DNA of 39,633 bases from IMG/VR virus record IMGVR_UViG_3300020045_007141, positions 1 through 39,633 of that record. One strand, 5' to 3'. Below the pieces are notes generated by a model. It was not told the DNA's origin. It made no database searches and was given only the letters and a program-made list of their open reading frames with translations. How positions within the stretch are numbered: the stretch's first letter is position 1; each line of letters begins with the position of its first letter. Shown here piece by piece: positions 26,105 to 35,317 of this stretch. The translations under genes were made by a program, and so were the position numbers. Source of the stretch: a virus. Its lineage: Duplodnaviria; Caudoviricetes.

Positions 26105-27251
26105 AAATCACCCGATCCATAAAATATCGAATAATTGATTTCAACCTCGGCTTATTCCGGATGAAGGCGGCGAATGACTCACCATGATTGGTATATGTTT
26201 TATCCAGCCAACGAGGACCGCTGTTTTCAAGCCATTCACGAAACAGCAACCATCTTGGATCGGTCTCGCCGTAAACCTCACGGGCAACCCAACATTTTTT
26301 AACCGCCGCCGCCCCGATCTGCCCTGCGGCTTGCCCCATGCCTTGTTTTGCGGCCCCCTGCCTGGCCTGTTGTGCGCTGTACATACCAGCCTGAATCCCG
26401 GCGGCATTGGAGGCTAAGTTTCCACCAACTGAAAAGCCCTGCAATGCCCCGGCCGTACCCCCGGAGGCTAATTGCAAGGCCCGGTCAATTTGCCGTTGAT
26501 TGATATCCACCTGCGCCCCGCCGACACCTATGGCGCGATCCAGCCCTCTTTCCTGTGCGGCGGCGTCTTGGGAAGCGAGTTCAGCCATAATTTGCGACAG
26601 CCCGTAAGCCCGCCCGCCTTCCAAGCCTACAAGGCCAGCGTTGAGCGATCCGCCTGTCGGGAGCATGGACATGGCGTTCTCCCGCGCAATCCGGTATTGC
26701 TCCTCAAGGGCCGCTTTCGCCCCACCGTACAAAGCCGGATTATCCGGGTGTGCAGTGTAAATATCCGCGTTTTCGATAAATGGATTTAGCGCGGCCTGAA
26801 CATCGCTGAACTCCCTGACCCCAACCGGCCCGCCGGGAGAAAGTGCTGGATCCGGGGTAGTTGCCGGGGTAACTACAGGGGTAGTTGTTGGAAGGCCAAG
26901 ACTACGCCCCTCGCTCCTGCCATGACGGGTGTAATGCAGATAAGGATTTGCGGCGAATACCGGATCTTGGGCGACATCCGGATTCGCGGCGAGGTAGGCC
27001 GCGCCATCGAACCCGCCCCCTGAGAATTGCTGCCAGTTACCGGCCCCTGTGTTATAGGGCGTGTCCGCCAGAGGATTGCCGCCAACTGGCGACTGAGTAC
27101 CGCCCATCATCTCGGTGAATTGATTAGTTACCGCCCCCCGGACCCCTTGGGTAGTCCCGTAGAGCTGCTCCGCGATCCGCGCCGCCGCCCTGCCGTATTC
27201 ATCGACTGCCTGCGTATTCGGGGCCTGGACGTTACCGCTGCTTTTTCCCAT
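26094..27251 (-). CDS. Putative DNA pilot/ejection protein (385 aa)
   Basis: MGKSSG start, G/A/Q-rich body, C-terminal CWVAREVYG domain. Confidence 0.65.
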   Translation of the reverse strand: MGKSSGNVQAPNTQAVDEYGRAAARIAEQLYGTTQGVRGAVTNQFTEMMGGTQSPVGGNPLADTPYNTGAGNWQQFSGGGFDGAAYLAANPDVAQDPVFAANPYLHYTRHGRSEGRSLGLPTTTPVVTPATTPDPALSPGGPVGVREFSDVQAALNPFIENADIYTAHPDNPALYGGAKAALEEQYRIARENAMSMLPTGGSLNAGLVGLEGGRAYGLSQIMAELASQDAAAQERGLDRAIGVGGAQVDINQRQIDRALQLASGGTAGALQGFSVGGNLASNAAGIQAGMYSAQQARQGAAKQGMGQAAGQIGAAAVKKCWVAREVYGETDPRWLLFREWLENSGPRWLDKTYTNHGESFAAFIRNKPRLKSIIRYFMDRVIYGC

Positions 27252-27759
27252 AGTATTGATCTCGCGTCAGATAGCTGATGATTAAACCGCTGCCGTTGGC
27301 AATAAGAGGCACAGTCCCTAACACTGTCCAGCCGAGTCGTTTTGTATAATTGATCGCCCGCCGGTTCCATTCCGGGGTTTGGCCGAGCAAAACCTCGATG
27401 AGTTTGTTGCCGCTCTCGTCCGTGAACGAAAACCAATAATCGAGACACGCTTCCGCGATGGGCATGGTATATCGCCCCCAGACTTCCCGAAACAAGGCGT
27501 AATGCACAAAGGCATGATTCTTGTGTGCTTGGTTCAGCCATGCCAGCCCGACGATCTCATGATCGAGCAGAATCACCGAGACGGTATTCGCCGGGTTTTT
27601 CATAATCGCCAAGAACTGATCGAATGAAGTTACCGGGTCATCCGAAAATACCACGTCGAGGATCCGATCTTTTTCTAGCGTCTCGAACGCCGCCAGCATG
27701 GCGTCATCAGAAAACGTCCTGACGCCGTTTATCTCCACGTACCCTATTACCTGGATCAT
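27232..27759 (-). CDS. GNAT-fold protein of the virion module
   Basis: FREVWGR, TPEWNRRAINYTKRLGW; position between nozzle and ejection genes. Confidence 0.7.
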   Translation of the reverse strand: MIQVIGYVEINGVRTFSDDAMLAAFETLEKDRILDVVFSDDPVTSFDQFLAIMKNPANTVSVILLDHEIVGLAWLNQAHKNHAFVHYALFREVWGRYTMPIAEACLDYWFSFTDESGNKLIEVLLGQTPEWNRRAINYTKRLGWTVLGTVPLIANGSGLIISYLTRDQYYGKKQR

Positions 27760-29472
27760 TTATTCGCTCTCGATTGCGTAAATCGACGCTACCCCCGACC
27801 CTGCTAAACGTAAGGCAACCCTAGACCCGTTGCCGGTCTTGACGAGCCTTCTTTCGGTACTTCTCGATGTGGTTAAACTATGTTCCTGATGCACGGCATC
27901 ATCTAACAAGAGGCTGCCAGTTACACCGCTCGCGCCGGATACGTCAACATCGTATTTCACCCACCTGGGAAAATGGGCGCGGGTCTGGAGGGTGTAGTCC
28001 TTCGACTGGATATCCCAACTGATCGCCGTGCCGTCATCCGTGGTCACTGACGGATCTTCAATCTGCACGATCTGCCCGTCCGCGTCGCAAACAAGAAACC
28101 GCTCGTTTGTCTTGTCCACGCATGGGGCCGAAAGTGCGGTCCCGTAATCGTGATAGAATGACTTTTCGTTATCCATATCGGTGATTAGCATTGACCCGTC
28201 GCCGTAATGGAAATATATCTTGTTCAGGTATTGCACCAGCCAGTGAGTTCCAGTATCCGCAGGGACGCCCGTTACCCCGTTGGTCGTGTCGCCGTTGACT
28301 GTTCCTGAATCTGGAAATACCGTCTCGAAGGCGTAGGATATCTTTTTATCCCTGCCGGAATAATACAGATAAATCCCGTCCGGCCCGATGTGGTATATCC
28401 CCCGCCCCTTCACGGCCGTCGCGCCATATTGATGCGGCGCTCCGCAGAGAGATTCCAGGGGCGCGGGATTGAAGGCGCCCGAAGTCGTTCCCTGGATCCA
28501 CCAGATTTGCCCTTTGGTCAGAAGGTACAGTTGTCCGTCGAAGATAACCGCCGCCGTGATCGGAAATTGCTTCGGCCCGACCTCGATGAAGTTATTGGCC
28601 GGCCAGTATTCGGGCTGTTTAGCTTTGCACCAATAAAGCAGATTATCCTTGCAGATAAAACACAGCCCGTTATAAAGTGGCCCGATTACAATCGTACCCA
28701 ATGGCGGACGGTCGTGGTCAGTCTCCACTTGAGATCCGAGACTCGTATCCGCAACCGCAGAATCGATATATGGATCGAAGCCATCCACCGCCTCATCCGT
28801 GTCATGATAGTAAATCGAACCTCCCGCTGTCGTCCGGTACATGCGGATATGCGTGACCTGTGAATCGGATGGTATGGCATACGTGATCTTGCAGGATTGA
28901 TTTGTCAGACTGACCGAAGCCGCCGGGGAGGGGTTTGACTCCGTAACCACTACCGAGCCAGACTTCACGCAATAGGTGTACTTCGCGCCGTAGGTTCCCG
29001 TTAGACCAGACCCAGCCCCGACCGCAACAGTGGGGGCCGCGGCGGGTGCGGTTATCCCCCATTCCGCCGCTGTCGCTGAAGGGGCCGGACTCCCGGCTCC
29101 GGGGATGACTTTCTTTCGATCCGTCCCGTTCAGCGCAAACACTCGCTGTTCAGTGTCATTATAGGAATTGTAGCGAATGGCTGACCAGTCAGAATCCGCT
29201 AACCCTGTAGCGAATGAGGTTTCGTTGATATAGGCCACGGTCCCGGCAAAAGACACCCGGTCCCCGTTCTGCTCGACTATCAGATTCGCGGCCCGCGCTA
29301 AGGCTGAATTGCCGATCACGCTGGATCCGTGCCGGGTTACCGCGATCCCGTTCCGCTCAAGTCTGAGATTCTTGCAGCGCGTCATCATCCCGGAGAATCC
29401 GTTCTCTTCCGGTAAGTCGGTCGCCGCCGTAGAAACATCCAGCGTCCCTGTTGGCTTGAATATCAGGCTCAT
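27760..29472 (-). CDS. Tail nozzle / tubular protein B-like (570 aa)
   Basis: Beta-rich; CKNLRL...RHGS start; follows the adaptor genes. Confidence 0.7.
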   Translation of the reverse strand: MSLIFKPTGTLDVSTAATDLPEENGFSGMMTRCKNLRLERNGIAVTRHGSSVIGNSALARAANLIVEQNGDRVSFAGTVAYINETSFATGLADSDWSAIRYNSYNDTEQRVFALNGTDRKKVIPGAGSPAPSATAAEWGITAPAAAPTVAVGAGSGLTGTYGAKYTYCVKSGSVVVTESNPSPAASVSLTNQSCKITYAIPSDSQVTHIRMYRTTAGGSIYYHDTDEAVDGFDPYIDSAVADTSLGSQVETDHDRPPLGTIVIGPLYNGLCFICKDNLLYWCKAKQPEYWPANNFIEVGPKQFPITAAVIFDGQLYLLTKGQIWWIQGTTSGAFNPAPLESLCGAPHQYGATAVKGRGIYHIGPDGIYLYYSGRDKKISYAFETVFPDSGTVNGDTTNGVTGVPADTGTHWLVQYLNKIYFHYGDGSMLITDMDNEKSFYHDYGTALSAPCVDKTNERFLVCDADGQIVQIEDPSVTTDDGTAISWDIQSKDYTLQTRAHFPRWVKYDVDVSGASGVTGSLLLDDAVHQEHSLTTSRSTERRLVKTGNGSRVALRLAGSGVASIYAIESE

Positions 29473-30497
29473 ATAGCCGGGAAGGTATCGGGTAATCTAG
29501 GATGACGAACTGAACTACGACTAAAAGCGCCTTTGGTCCTGAGACGGTATTCCCGATCTCGATGCCGGTTCGCCATGTACTTACGAATCGCCACTAAACC
29601 CAACTGATAGCGTTTCCGCCAGAAGTCGCCCAAAGAGATGATCCGCCCGTCGTTGTCCGTCATGTAAGCCAATTCCAGCACCCGATAACGGATGTATTTT
29701 TTCAGGAATTCCGGCCAGACCAACTCATCCCCTGGCCCGTTCACATCCGGCGGCGCTACGTCGTGGAAGATGGTGAAATTATTCTCCGTCTCCAAAGCAG
29801 TAACGGCCAGTCCGGTTTCCGAGGAAAGCAAGGTTTCGGTTCTGCCGATGATGACGCCGATCTCAGCCCCTACGGTATCCCCGTCTATTGAGGTCACCAT
29901 CCCGGCCCCGGAATCGTCCCATGTGGCGGTTGACGGGCGCGGGTAAGGGATGAAGGTATTCCCGTAATCATCCTCGCGGTAATACCATTGCGTTGTCCCT
30001 GAGTGCGTCATGAAGGAAGGATCTTGTCGGGAGATGTCTTTCTTCGGGCGATAGTTGATCGACATCTCATCGTAATAAATACCATTCGCGGAATGGAAAG
30101 TGTCGGGGAATGGGAACTCCACAGGTTTATTCGGATTGGCGAACCATGCCTCAAAAGGATGGGTATAGGCGCAATCCCCGGAATCGGAGACATCCGCTTC
30201 AAGGCCGAAATTCTCCTGCACCTCGAAATGGGCGCAATAGGTGAAGAAGTTCTGATTCTGCCGCAGGGCTTGGTAGACCAGTCCGGTGCAAAACTCCAGC
30301 TCGCAGTCATGCAGGTATGCGGCGTCGTAAAGCGGCGGAACCGGGACGATAGATACATCCTCAAGGACACTGGTTTCATTCTGTACGTCCTGCTGCGCTT
30401 GGTTGTACAAATCGATCAGCAAGTCTGTGCCCCAGATATTCCCGTCCGGGTCTCTGAGGTAACGGCGGATCTTGTAGAGTTCATCAGATAGAGTCAT
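29469..30497 (-). CDS. Head-tail adaptor-like protein (342 aa)
   Basis: MTLSDEL..IR..LRDP...W....LIDLYNQAQ, YPRPS and PRLP motifs. Confidence 0.7.
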   Translation of the reverse strand: MTLSDELYKIRRYLRDPDGNIWGTDLLIDLYNQAQQDVQNETSVLEDVSIVPVPPLYDAAYLHDCELEFCTGLVYQALRQNQNFFTYCAHFEVQENFGLEADVSDSGDCAYTHPFEAWFANPNKPVEFPFPDTFHSANGIYYDEMSINYRPKKDISRQDPSFMTHSGTTQWYYREDDYGNTFIPYPRPSTATWDDSGAGMVTSIDGDTVGAEIGVIIGRTETLLSSETGLAVTALETENNFTIFHDVAPPDVNGPGDELVWPEFLKKYIRYRVLELAYMTDNDGRIISLGDFWRKRYQLGLVAIRKYMANRHRDREYRLRTKGAFSRSSVRHPRLPDTFPAI

Positions 30498-31146
30498 TTT
30501 GCGTTTCTGCCGGTTGCATCTTCTGCCTGAAGTTCCGATCCTGGAACAGTGAATACTTATCCGTCAACCCGGCCCCCTTCACGTACATGGCAAAATTCCG
30601 CTCCGCTTCCATCGCATCCCCACGTGAAGCATGATATTCAGCGACAGCGTACTGCACGACATAGCGTTCATAGGATTGCCGAAGCTTCACCCGTTCCGCG
30701 TCCGAGGTGTAGGGCGCGGGGATGACTACACATTCCATTTCCACCACGTCCGAGGATGAGGACGGCTTGCGCCAGAAACCAACAATCTCCGTGCCGATGA
30801 AAAAGTATTCCGCTGGCGTCCCGGTGAACTCCATCCATCTTGGCTCGATCATTCCCAATCGGGTTATGGAGGTCTGCGTCAGACGGCGCTTATTAGAGCA
30901 CAGCCACGCATCTTTCACCCAGGCGAAAGTCCCGCGATGGAAGTTCAGTCGGTATAGGCCCTTGCCAGACACAAGGGGGATCGCCACCGTCTCGGTATAG
31001 CCCCCGGTCACCATGATCAGTTCTTCAATGGCGTCCGTAATCGAATCACGGACCGGGGCGATAGTCGCGGGCGTGTCCTGGAATACATCAGGGGAATCGA
31101 CATTCTCCCCAATCAGGCGCAGGACTTGCTTTTCGAGATGGTTCAT
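30484..31146 (-). CDS. Second head-tail adaptor-like protein (220 aa)
   Basis: VLRLIGE, GTPAEY and VQYAVAEY patterns; position. Confidence 0.65.
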   Translation of the reverse strand: MNHLEKQVLRLIGENVDSPDVFQDTPATIAPVRDSITDAIEELIMVTGGYTETVAIPLVSGKGLYRLNFHRGTFAWVKDAWLCSNKRRLTQTSITRLGMIEPRWMEFTGTPAEYFFIGTEIVGFWRKPSSSSDVVEMECVVIPAPYTSDAERVKLRQSYERYVVQYAVAEYHASRGDAMEAERNFAMYVKGAGLTDKYSLFQDRNFRQKMQPAETQNDSI

Positions 31147-31200
31147 TAGGTGGGGCTTTCAGCGGATAGGGCGCTGTCAATTAAGGCCGAAGCCACCCCA

Positions 31201-31542
31201 TTAAATCCAACCGAAACGATGGCAGCCCTTCCAGCCATTCTCGGCACCGGAACCCAATTCATGCGGCTCCACTACGATGCTTGTCAGAGAATGCCAGCCC
31301 TCTTCACGCCCCATGACATAGGCTTCGGTGTCGTACTCATCCGCACCCACCAGGGCGTTCTTGCCGGTATAGGCCGCCATGTTCTCGGTCCCCTGCCCCT
31401 CCCCGGAATTGGTGATCAGGCACCAATCATTCCCGATCAGAATGAGATCGAACGGCGCTTTGACATACCGCCCGCGGGCCGCATCGTGCCGACCGTAATT
31501 GAAAAATACCTGCCTGCGCTCTGAGTTTGAGAAAATAGACAT
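31201..31542 (-). CDS. Hypothetical protein (113 aa)
   Basis: GAGG RBS; operon position. Confidence 0.65.
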   Translation of the reverse strand: MSIFSNSERRQVFFNYGRHDAARGRYVKAPFDLILIGNDWCLITNSGEGQGTENMAAYTGKNALVGADEYDTEAYVMGREEGWHSLTSIVVEPHELGSGAENGWKGCHRFGWI

Positions 31543-31552
31543 GCTGACATCC

Positions 31553-32290
31553 TCATGTGTTGAAAGCCACTTTCCGGACTTCCCCTAACGAATCCCGATT
31601 CTTCGCCATGTATTGATCGTAGGTTGACTCGGTGATTATGGCCGGATCACCGATATGCCCGAGCTTGTACTGCGGATCGCAGAATATCTTGATGCCGTGC
31701 TTTTTCGCCTGTACGCAAAAGGCGATGTCCTCCCCCGCATCCTGAAACGTGAACCACGGCTCAGGGACGCGATCCAGAACATCCCGGCGCATCATTAACG
31801 CTCCAAAGCCTACCGCGTCGCACTCAAACAAAACATTCGGTGGGATGACGATGGGATTGTGCCGGTAGACATCCTCTTTGTCTGCATCTTGGCGGGTGTA
31901 GACAACGGGGAACGGCTCCCCTGCCCGCATGTAGTACAGGGCGGATACCATGTCTCTCTCGTGGTATTGAGCGAGCCAACAAGCCAGATCGGGATTAAAT
32001 ACATGGTCGTCGTCCAACCACAAAAGGTGGGTGAACTTCTTCCCAGTGAATTCCGAGAGCTTTTCCTTGGCCTGTCTGGCTAAGGCGTTTCTGGCCCAAT
32101 GCACCACCATCCGTTCGGTCATGCCAAACAAATGGATCTTCAACCCATTCAGCCATGAATAGCAGATCATGTTTGCCATCGACCGGGCGAACTTGGCTGA
32201 GGTGTAGTAATCTTTGCACGGGGACAAGATACAGATGGATATGTCTTTGTATGCCTGCCGTTCTATTTCAGTCGGTTGATAGAGGTTCAC
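31553..32290 (-). CDS. GT-A fold (family 2-like) glycosyltransferase
   Basis: ARNALA, THLLWLDDD (DxD), GFGALM, GEDIAFC, LGHIG. Confidence 0.85.
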   Translation of the reverse strand: MNLYQPTEIERQAYKDISICILSPCKDYYTSAKFARSMANMICYSWLNGLKIHLFGMTERMVVHWARNALARQAKEKLSEFTGKKFTHLLWLDDDHVFNPDLACWLAQYHERDMVSALYYMRAGEPFPVVYTRQDADKEDVYRHNPIVIPPNVLFECDAVGFGALMMRRDVLDRVPEPWFTFQDAGEDIAFCVQAKKHGIKIFCDPQYKLGHIGDPAIITESTYDQYMAKNRDSLGEVRKVAFNT

Positions 32291-32529
32291 AAAAGCCCCT
32301 TCAAAAGAGAGGGGTGCTTGATTACCTCGATGACCTTTTCAATAAAGGTCAAACTGGTAGGCTGCATCCGCTTCCCGCCACAGTGGGAGCATTCGCCTTG
32401 CTCGTGGATCTGCTTTGTGGATACAGGCCGCCCGCACAACATACAGCGAAAATACGCCATGCCCTCGCCTTCGTGCCAGTATTCTTCCATATCACCCCCT
32501 ATCTGAGTTTCGTTAACATTTTCCACCAC
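32287..32529 (-). CDS. Zinc-ribbon hypothetical protein
   Basis: CMLC...CSHC; true start probably the internal Met. Confidence 0.65.
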   Translation of the reverse strand: MVENVNETQIGGDMEEYWHEGEGMAYFRCMLCGRPVSTKQIHEQGECSHCGGKRMQPTSLTFIEKVIEVIKHPSLLKGLL

Positions 32530-33545
32530 TGCGCCCCTATCTCGTCCCAGGAATAGACTCTCGTATTGGCCGCCCCCTGAATCAGCTTACGGTGTAGTTT
32601 CTCGTTTTCCAGGATCTCACAGGACTTGCGCACAAAATCCAGTACATAAATCATGTAGTCGTGAGGTAACCATTCTGTAAGCCTGCCGTTCTTTTTCGTA
32701 ACCCACTCGCCCTGTGAGCCGATCTTCCCGGTTGTGACAACCGGCGTCCCGGATGCGAGGGCTTGCAGAATCACATTACAGCATATCTCTGGATATTCCG
32801 TGGGCATGACCAATAATCCGGCCCGTCCCATTTCCTCGGCCAGTTCGACTTGAGGGATCGGATCTTTCAGAATGACTTGGCTTTCCGAGACCTCGTTATA
32901 GGCTTCGTAGAGTTCCCGCCATGCGTCCTTGCTTGTGACCTTTTCGTTCGGGTGCAACACTTCCATGTTAGAGTACGCCACCATTTTCAGCGGGCGGTCC
33001 TGTCTGGCTTGCATACAGTCAAACAGAAACGGCAACTTCCGCAGCCCACGATTCGGGGCCGAGGCGTAGAGTATATACGATAAGTCCTTGTCTCTAGGGT
33101 AAAATATGGACTTATCCACACCGTTCGGGATGAGAAAAGAACGCCCGATATCACGGTACATGGAGCGCCAGATCCGTTCGCCAAAGCGCGACATGAACAC
33201 GGTCGCGGCATAGGCTTTGATGGTTCTCGGCTCAGGGATGAACCCCAGGTGGGGGAGATCGTGCGTCCATAAGATCCTATGTCTGGCGGTGATGTAATCG
33301 AACCCGCCCGCCGTCCCGCGATTGGTGATCAGAAAATCATAAGGGCTGGTCGGCTCGTGAACCCACTTTACCCCGGCTTCCGTGGTCCCGGCTTCTTCGA
33401 TGTCGCTGAGAACTTCCACGTCGGCAAAACGGGCGAGGTAGTCCGAAACCTTGAATAGGCTCGTAACCATGCCGCCACGCGCTCGGGTTTCAAGATCGTG
33501 GACCGTCTCCAGCTTCGTCGAGAGATCGACAAAGGCTATCCTCAT
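32499..33545 (-). CDS. GT-B fold (family 4-like) glycosyltransferase
   Basis: WTHD, IPNGVD, YASAPNRGL, PEICCNVILQALASGTPVVTT. Confidence 0.9.
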   Translation of the reverse strand: MRIAFVDLSTKLETVHDLETRARGGMVTSLFKVSDYLARFADVEVLSDIEEAGTTEAGVKWVHEPTSPYDFLITNRGTAGGFDYITARHRILWTHDLPHLGFIPEPRTIKAYAATVFMSRFGERIWRSMYRDIGRSFLIPNGVDKSIFYPRDKDLSYILYASAPNRGLRKLPFLFDCMQARQDRPLKMVAYSNMEVLHPNEKVTSKDAWRELYEAYNEVSESQVILKDPIPQVELAEEMGRAGLLVMPTEYPEICCNVILQALASGTPVVTTGKIGSQGEWVTKKNGRLTEWLPHDYMIYVLDFVRKSCEILENEKLHRKLIQGAANTRVYSWDEIGAQWWKMLTKLR

Positions 33546-33739
33546 TCCTTATCCAAGACCATTGATTCGTCTATTGGGCGGATAGGCTGCAAGCATTTAC
33601 CGCATTTACGACGAAATAATGTTTTGTATTCACCATGCACAAACTTATGCAAAAATGAACCGCCTGTATTTCTTACTGTGATTTGTTCATACAGCCACCC
33701 ATCATGTCCGCAATGTTCGCATTTCCACGTATATTTCAT
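33542..33739 (-). CDS. Zinc-ribbon hypothetical protein
   Basis: CEHC...CGKC; ATGA overlap with the glycosyltransferase. Confidence 0.6.
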   Translation of the reverse strand: MKYTWKCEHCGHDGWLYEQITVRNTGGSFLHKFVHGEYKTLFRRKCGKCLQPIRPIDESMVLDKE

Positions 33740-33761
33740 ATTTACCCCCTACGGTAAAATA

Positions 33762-34517
33762 TTAATTACCACGAACTATATTTGAGATTACGGATTGACT
33801 GTATCCGGTCTTTTCTGCGATCTGCACTTGAGTAAGAGTCCCATACATTTCCTTTACTCTTACCCGATCCTCATCCGTTATCTTGCTCATTTTCATTCTT
33901 GGCTGGTAATCCTTACCTCCGGTTCCGCCATGAGCCAATATGCTGTTTCTCTTTATGCCTGATATTGTCCCACCTGAAACATTGAATAATTTACCTATAT
34001 CAATCTGCCTCATCCCTGTCAATAACAACCTCCTGACCTCAATAACTTGTTCTTCCGTTAATAGACATCTGTCTTTCGAGTTCTCAATTCTTCGTTCCAT
34101 CGAATGTGGATGGGAGGCCATAACCCTCATCCTGTCAGCCATCTTTAATCCGTTCGCTCTCTGTTTGGTTAGGAACGATTCAGTCTTATAAAACTCCGCC
34201 CCTGCGTTACTTCCTGCTGTTGGGTTTATATTATATCCGTGTTCAATTTCGTAAGACTTAAATTCATCCATCCAATACTGTTCACGACTAAGTAAAAATG
34301 TTTTGTCTCTGACTTTCACCTTTTCTAAAACAGTCCAAGTAAAAACCACTTCTCCATACTTATCCCATGCCCTTTGCAAATGCAAAGAATGATGTCTGTT
34401 CTCCTTCAATAACCGCCTATGCAAATATTTCCTGCTTGAAAGTCCATTCGTTGCAGATCCAACATAAACCTTATCCGTAACTGTGTTCCTGATGCAGTAA
34501 ATTACTGATGTTCTCAT
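33762..34517 (-). CDS. Free-standing GIY-YIG homing endonuclease
   Basis: VIY..VYVGSA, HSLHLQRAWDKYG, REQYW, GYN; two C-terminal HTH-like segments; visibly AT-richer than neighbours. Confidence 0.92.
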   Translation of the reverse strand: MRTSVIYCIRNTVTDKVYVGSATNGLSSRKYLHRRLLKENRHHSLHLQRAWDKYGEVVFTWTVLEKVKVRDKTFLLSREQYWMDEFKSYEIEHGYNINPTAGSNAGAEFYKTESFLTKQRANGLKMADRMRVMASHPHSMERRIENSKDRCLLTEEQVIEVRRLLLTGMRQIDIGKLFNVSGGTISGIKRNSILAHGGTGGKDYQPRMKMSKITDEDRVRVKEMYGTLTQVQIAEKTGYSQSVISNIVRGN

Positions 34518-34522
34518 GTAAA

Positions 34523-34558
34523 CACCCTCCACCGATTAAGATGGAGGGCATTATACCA
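34523..34558 (-). promoter_or_regulatory. Extended -10 promoter and RBS-sequestering hairpin of the GIY-YIG gene
   Basis: TGGTATAAT (34558-34550), then TGCCCTCCATC-ttaatc-GGTGGAGGGTG with GGAGG in the 3' arm. Confidence 0.65.
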
Positions 34559-34581
34559 CTTAACCGCTTAATCCTCTATTG

Positions 34582-35250
34582 TTATAGAGCGCGGATGAAA
34601 CATTTCATTTATCTTCGCTTAGACTCGCTACTTTCTAAACCGCTTTCGCTGCTGCATGTCGCCATGCAGATGAGACTATATCTTCATCCTGACGGATGTC
34701 TTGTACTTCCACTCGCTTGAGTGTACTCCCTTCCGGGATAGTCGTTGAACCTTCCTTTCGGCTAGGCTGCTGATTGTCTCAGAGAGATGTCCCAGCAATT
34801 CACAAGAATATCATCCATCCATTTCTGAATGGTGAGCCAAAATTTAGCGTTGAGATGGTACTGCGAGGAGGAACTGGCCGCGATAGCCTCGCACAGGAAG
34901 CCAAAATGCTTCACTGTGGTTGAGGCAATCGGCGTCATGCCCCATTCGCCGTTAACCACCGTCAGGTTGTCCCCGGCCACGCTCGACCCTGCGGAACTGT
35001 AGATGTAGGTCGTAGCACGATAGCCGTAGACCTGCACCAGCCCGAAGGCGCTGTCGGCGATATCCGCATCCGCGACCCCGGCGTAAGCCTGCAAATCAGC
35101 GGTATCCGCTTGTGAAACGCGCACGCCATCGACAGAAGCGCCGACGTCGAACACGCAGGAATATCCGGCCGTAATGGTGCTGCCGGATACGTTCTTGACC
35201 ACGATGAAAGCGGTCTCCGGAGAATTCCGGCTCATCTTCTTGAAGATCAT
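34582..35250 (-). CDS. Putative capsid decoration protein, spliced (exons 35250-34846 and 34605-34582; 142 aa)
   Basis: Follows the capsid gene; splicing gives ...QYHLNA|KCFIRAL*. Confidence 0.75.
34606..34845 (-). ncRNA. Group I intron, ORF-less (240 nt)
   Basis: P AATTGCTGGGA, Q AATCAGCAG, R TTCAACGACTA, S AAGATATAGTC. Exon ends in U paired to G in P1 (GCT/GGC); intron ends in G. Confidence 0.93.
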
Positions 35251-35317
35251 TTCTGTGTCTCCTGTGTTGACTGCCGGAGCGCCCTATCCGCTCCCGTTGG
35301 TTTACGTCACCGTTTGT

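Larger units (their letters stand above)
31161..35292. repeat. 15-bp inverted repeat pair (31161-31175 and 35278-35292)
   Basis: AGCGGATAGGGCGCT and AGCGCCCTATCCGCT are exact reverse complements; both are intergenic. Confidence 0.9.

Noticed and set aside
31147-31200. Hammerhead ribozyme in the three-stem spacer
   Set aside because: The topology is suggestive, but the core reads UUAAUUGA rather than CUGANGA and the GAAA register does not fit.
34762-34845. C-terminus KFWLTIQ...QSAA of the 162-aa ORF
   Set aside because: It is read-through into group I intron P/Q elements; the spliced end is preferred.
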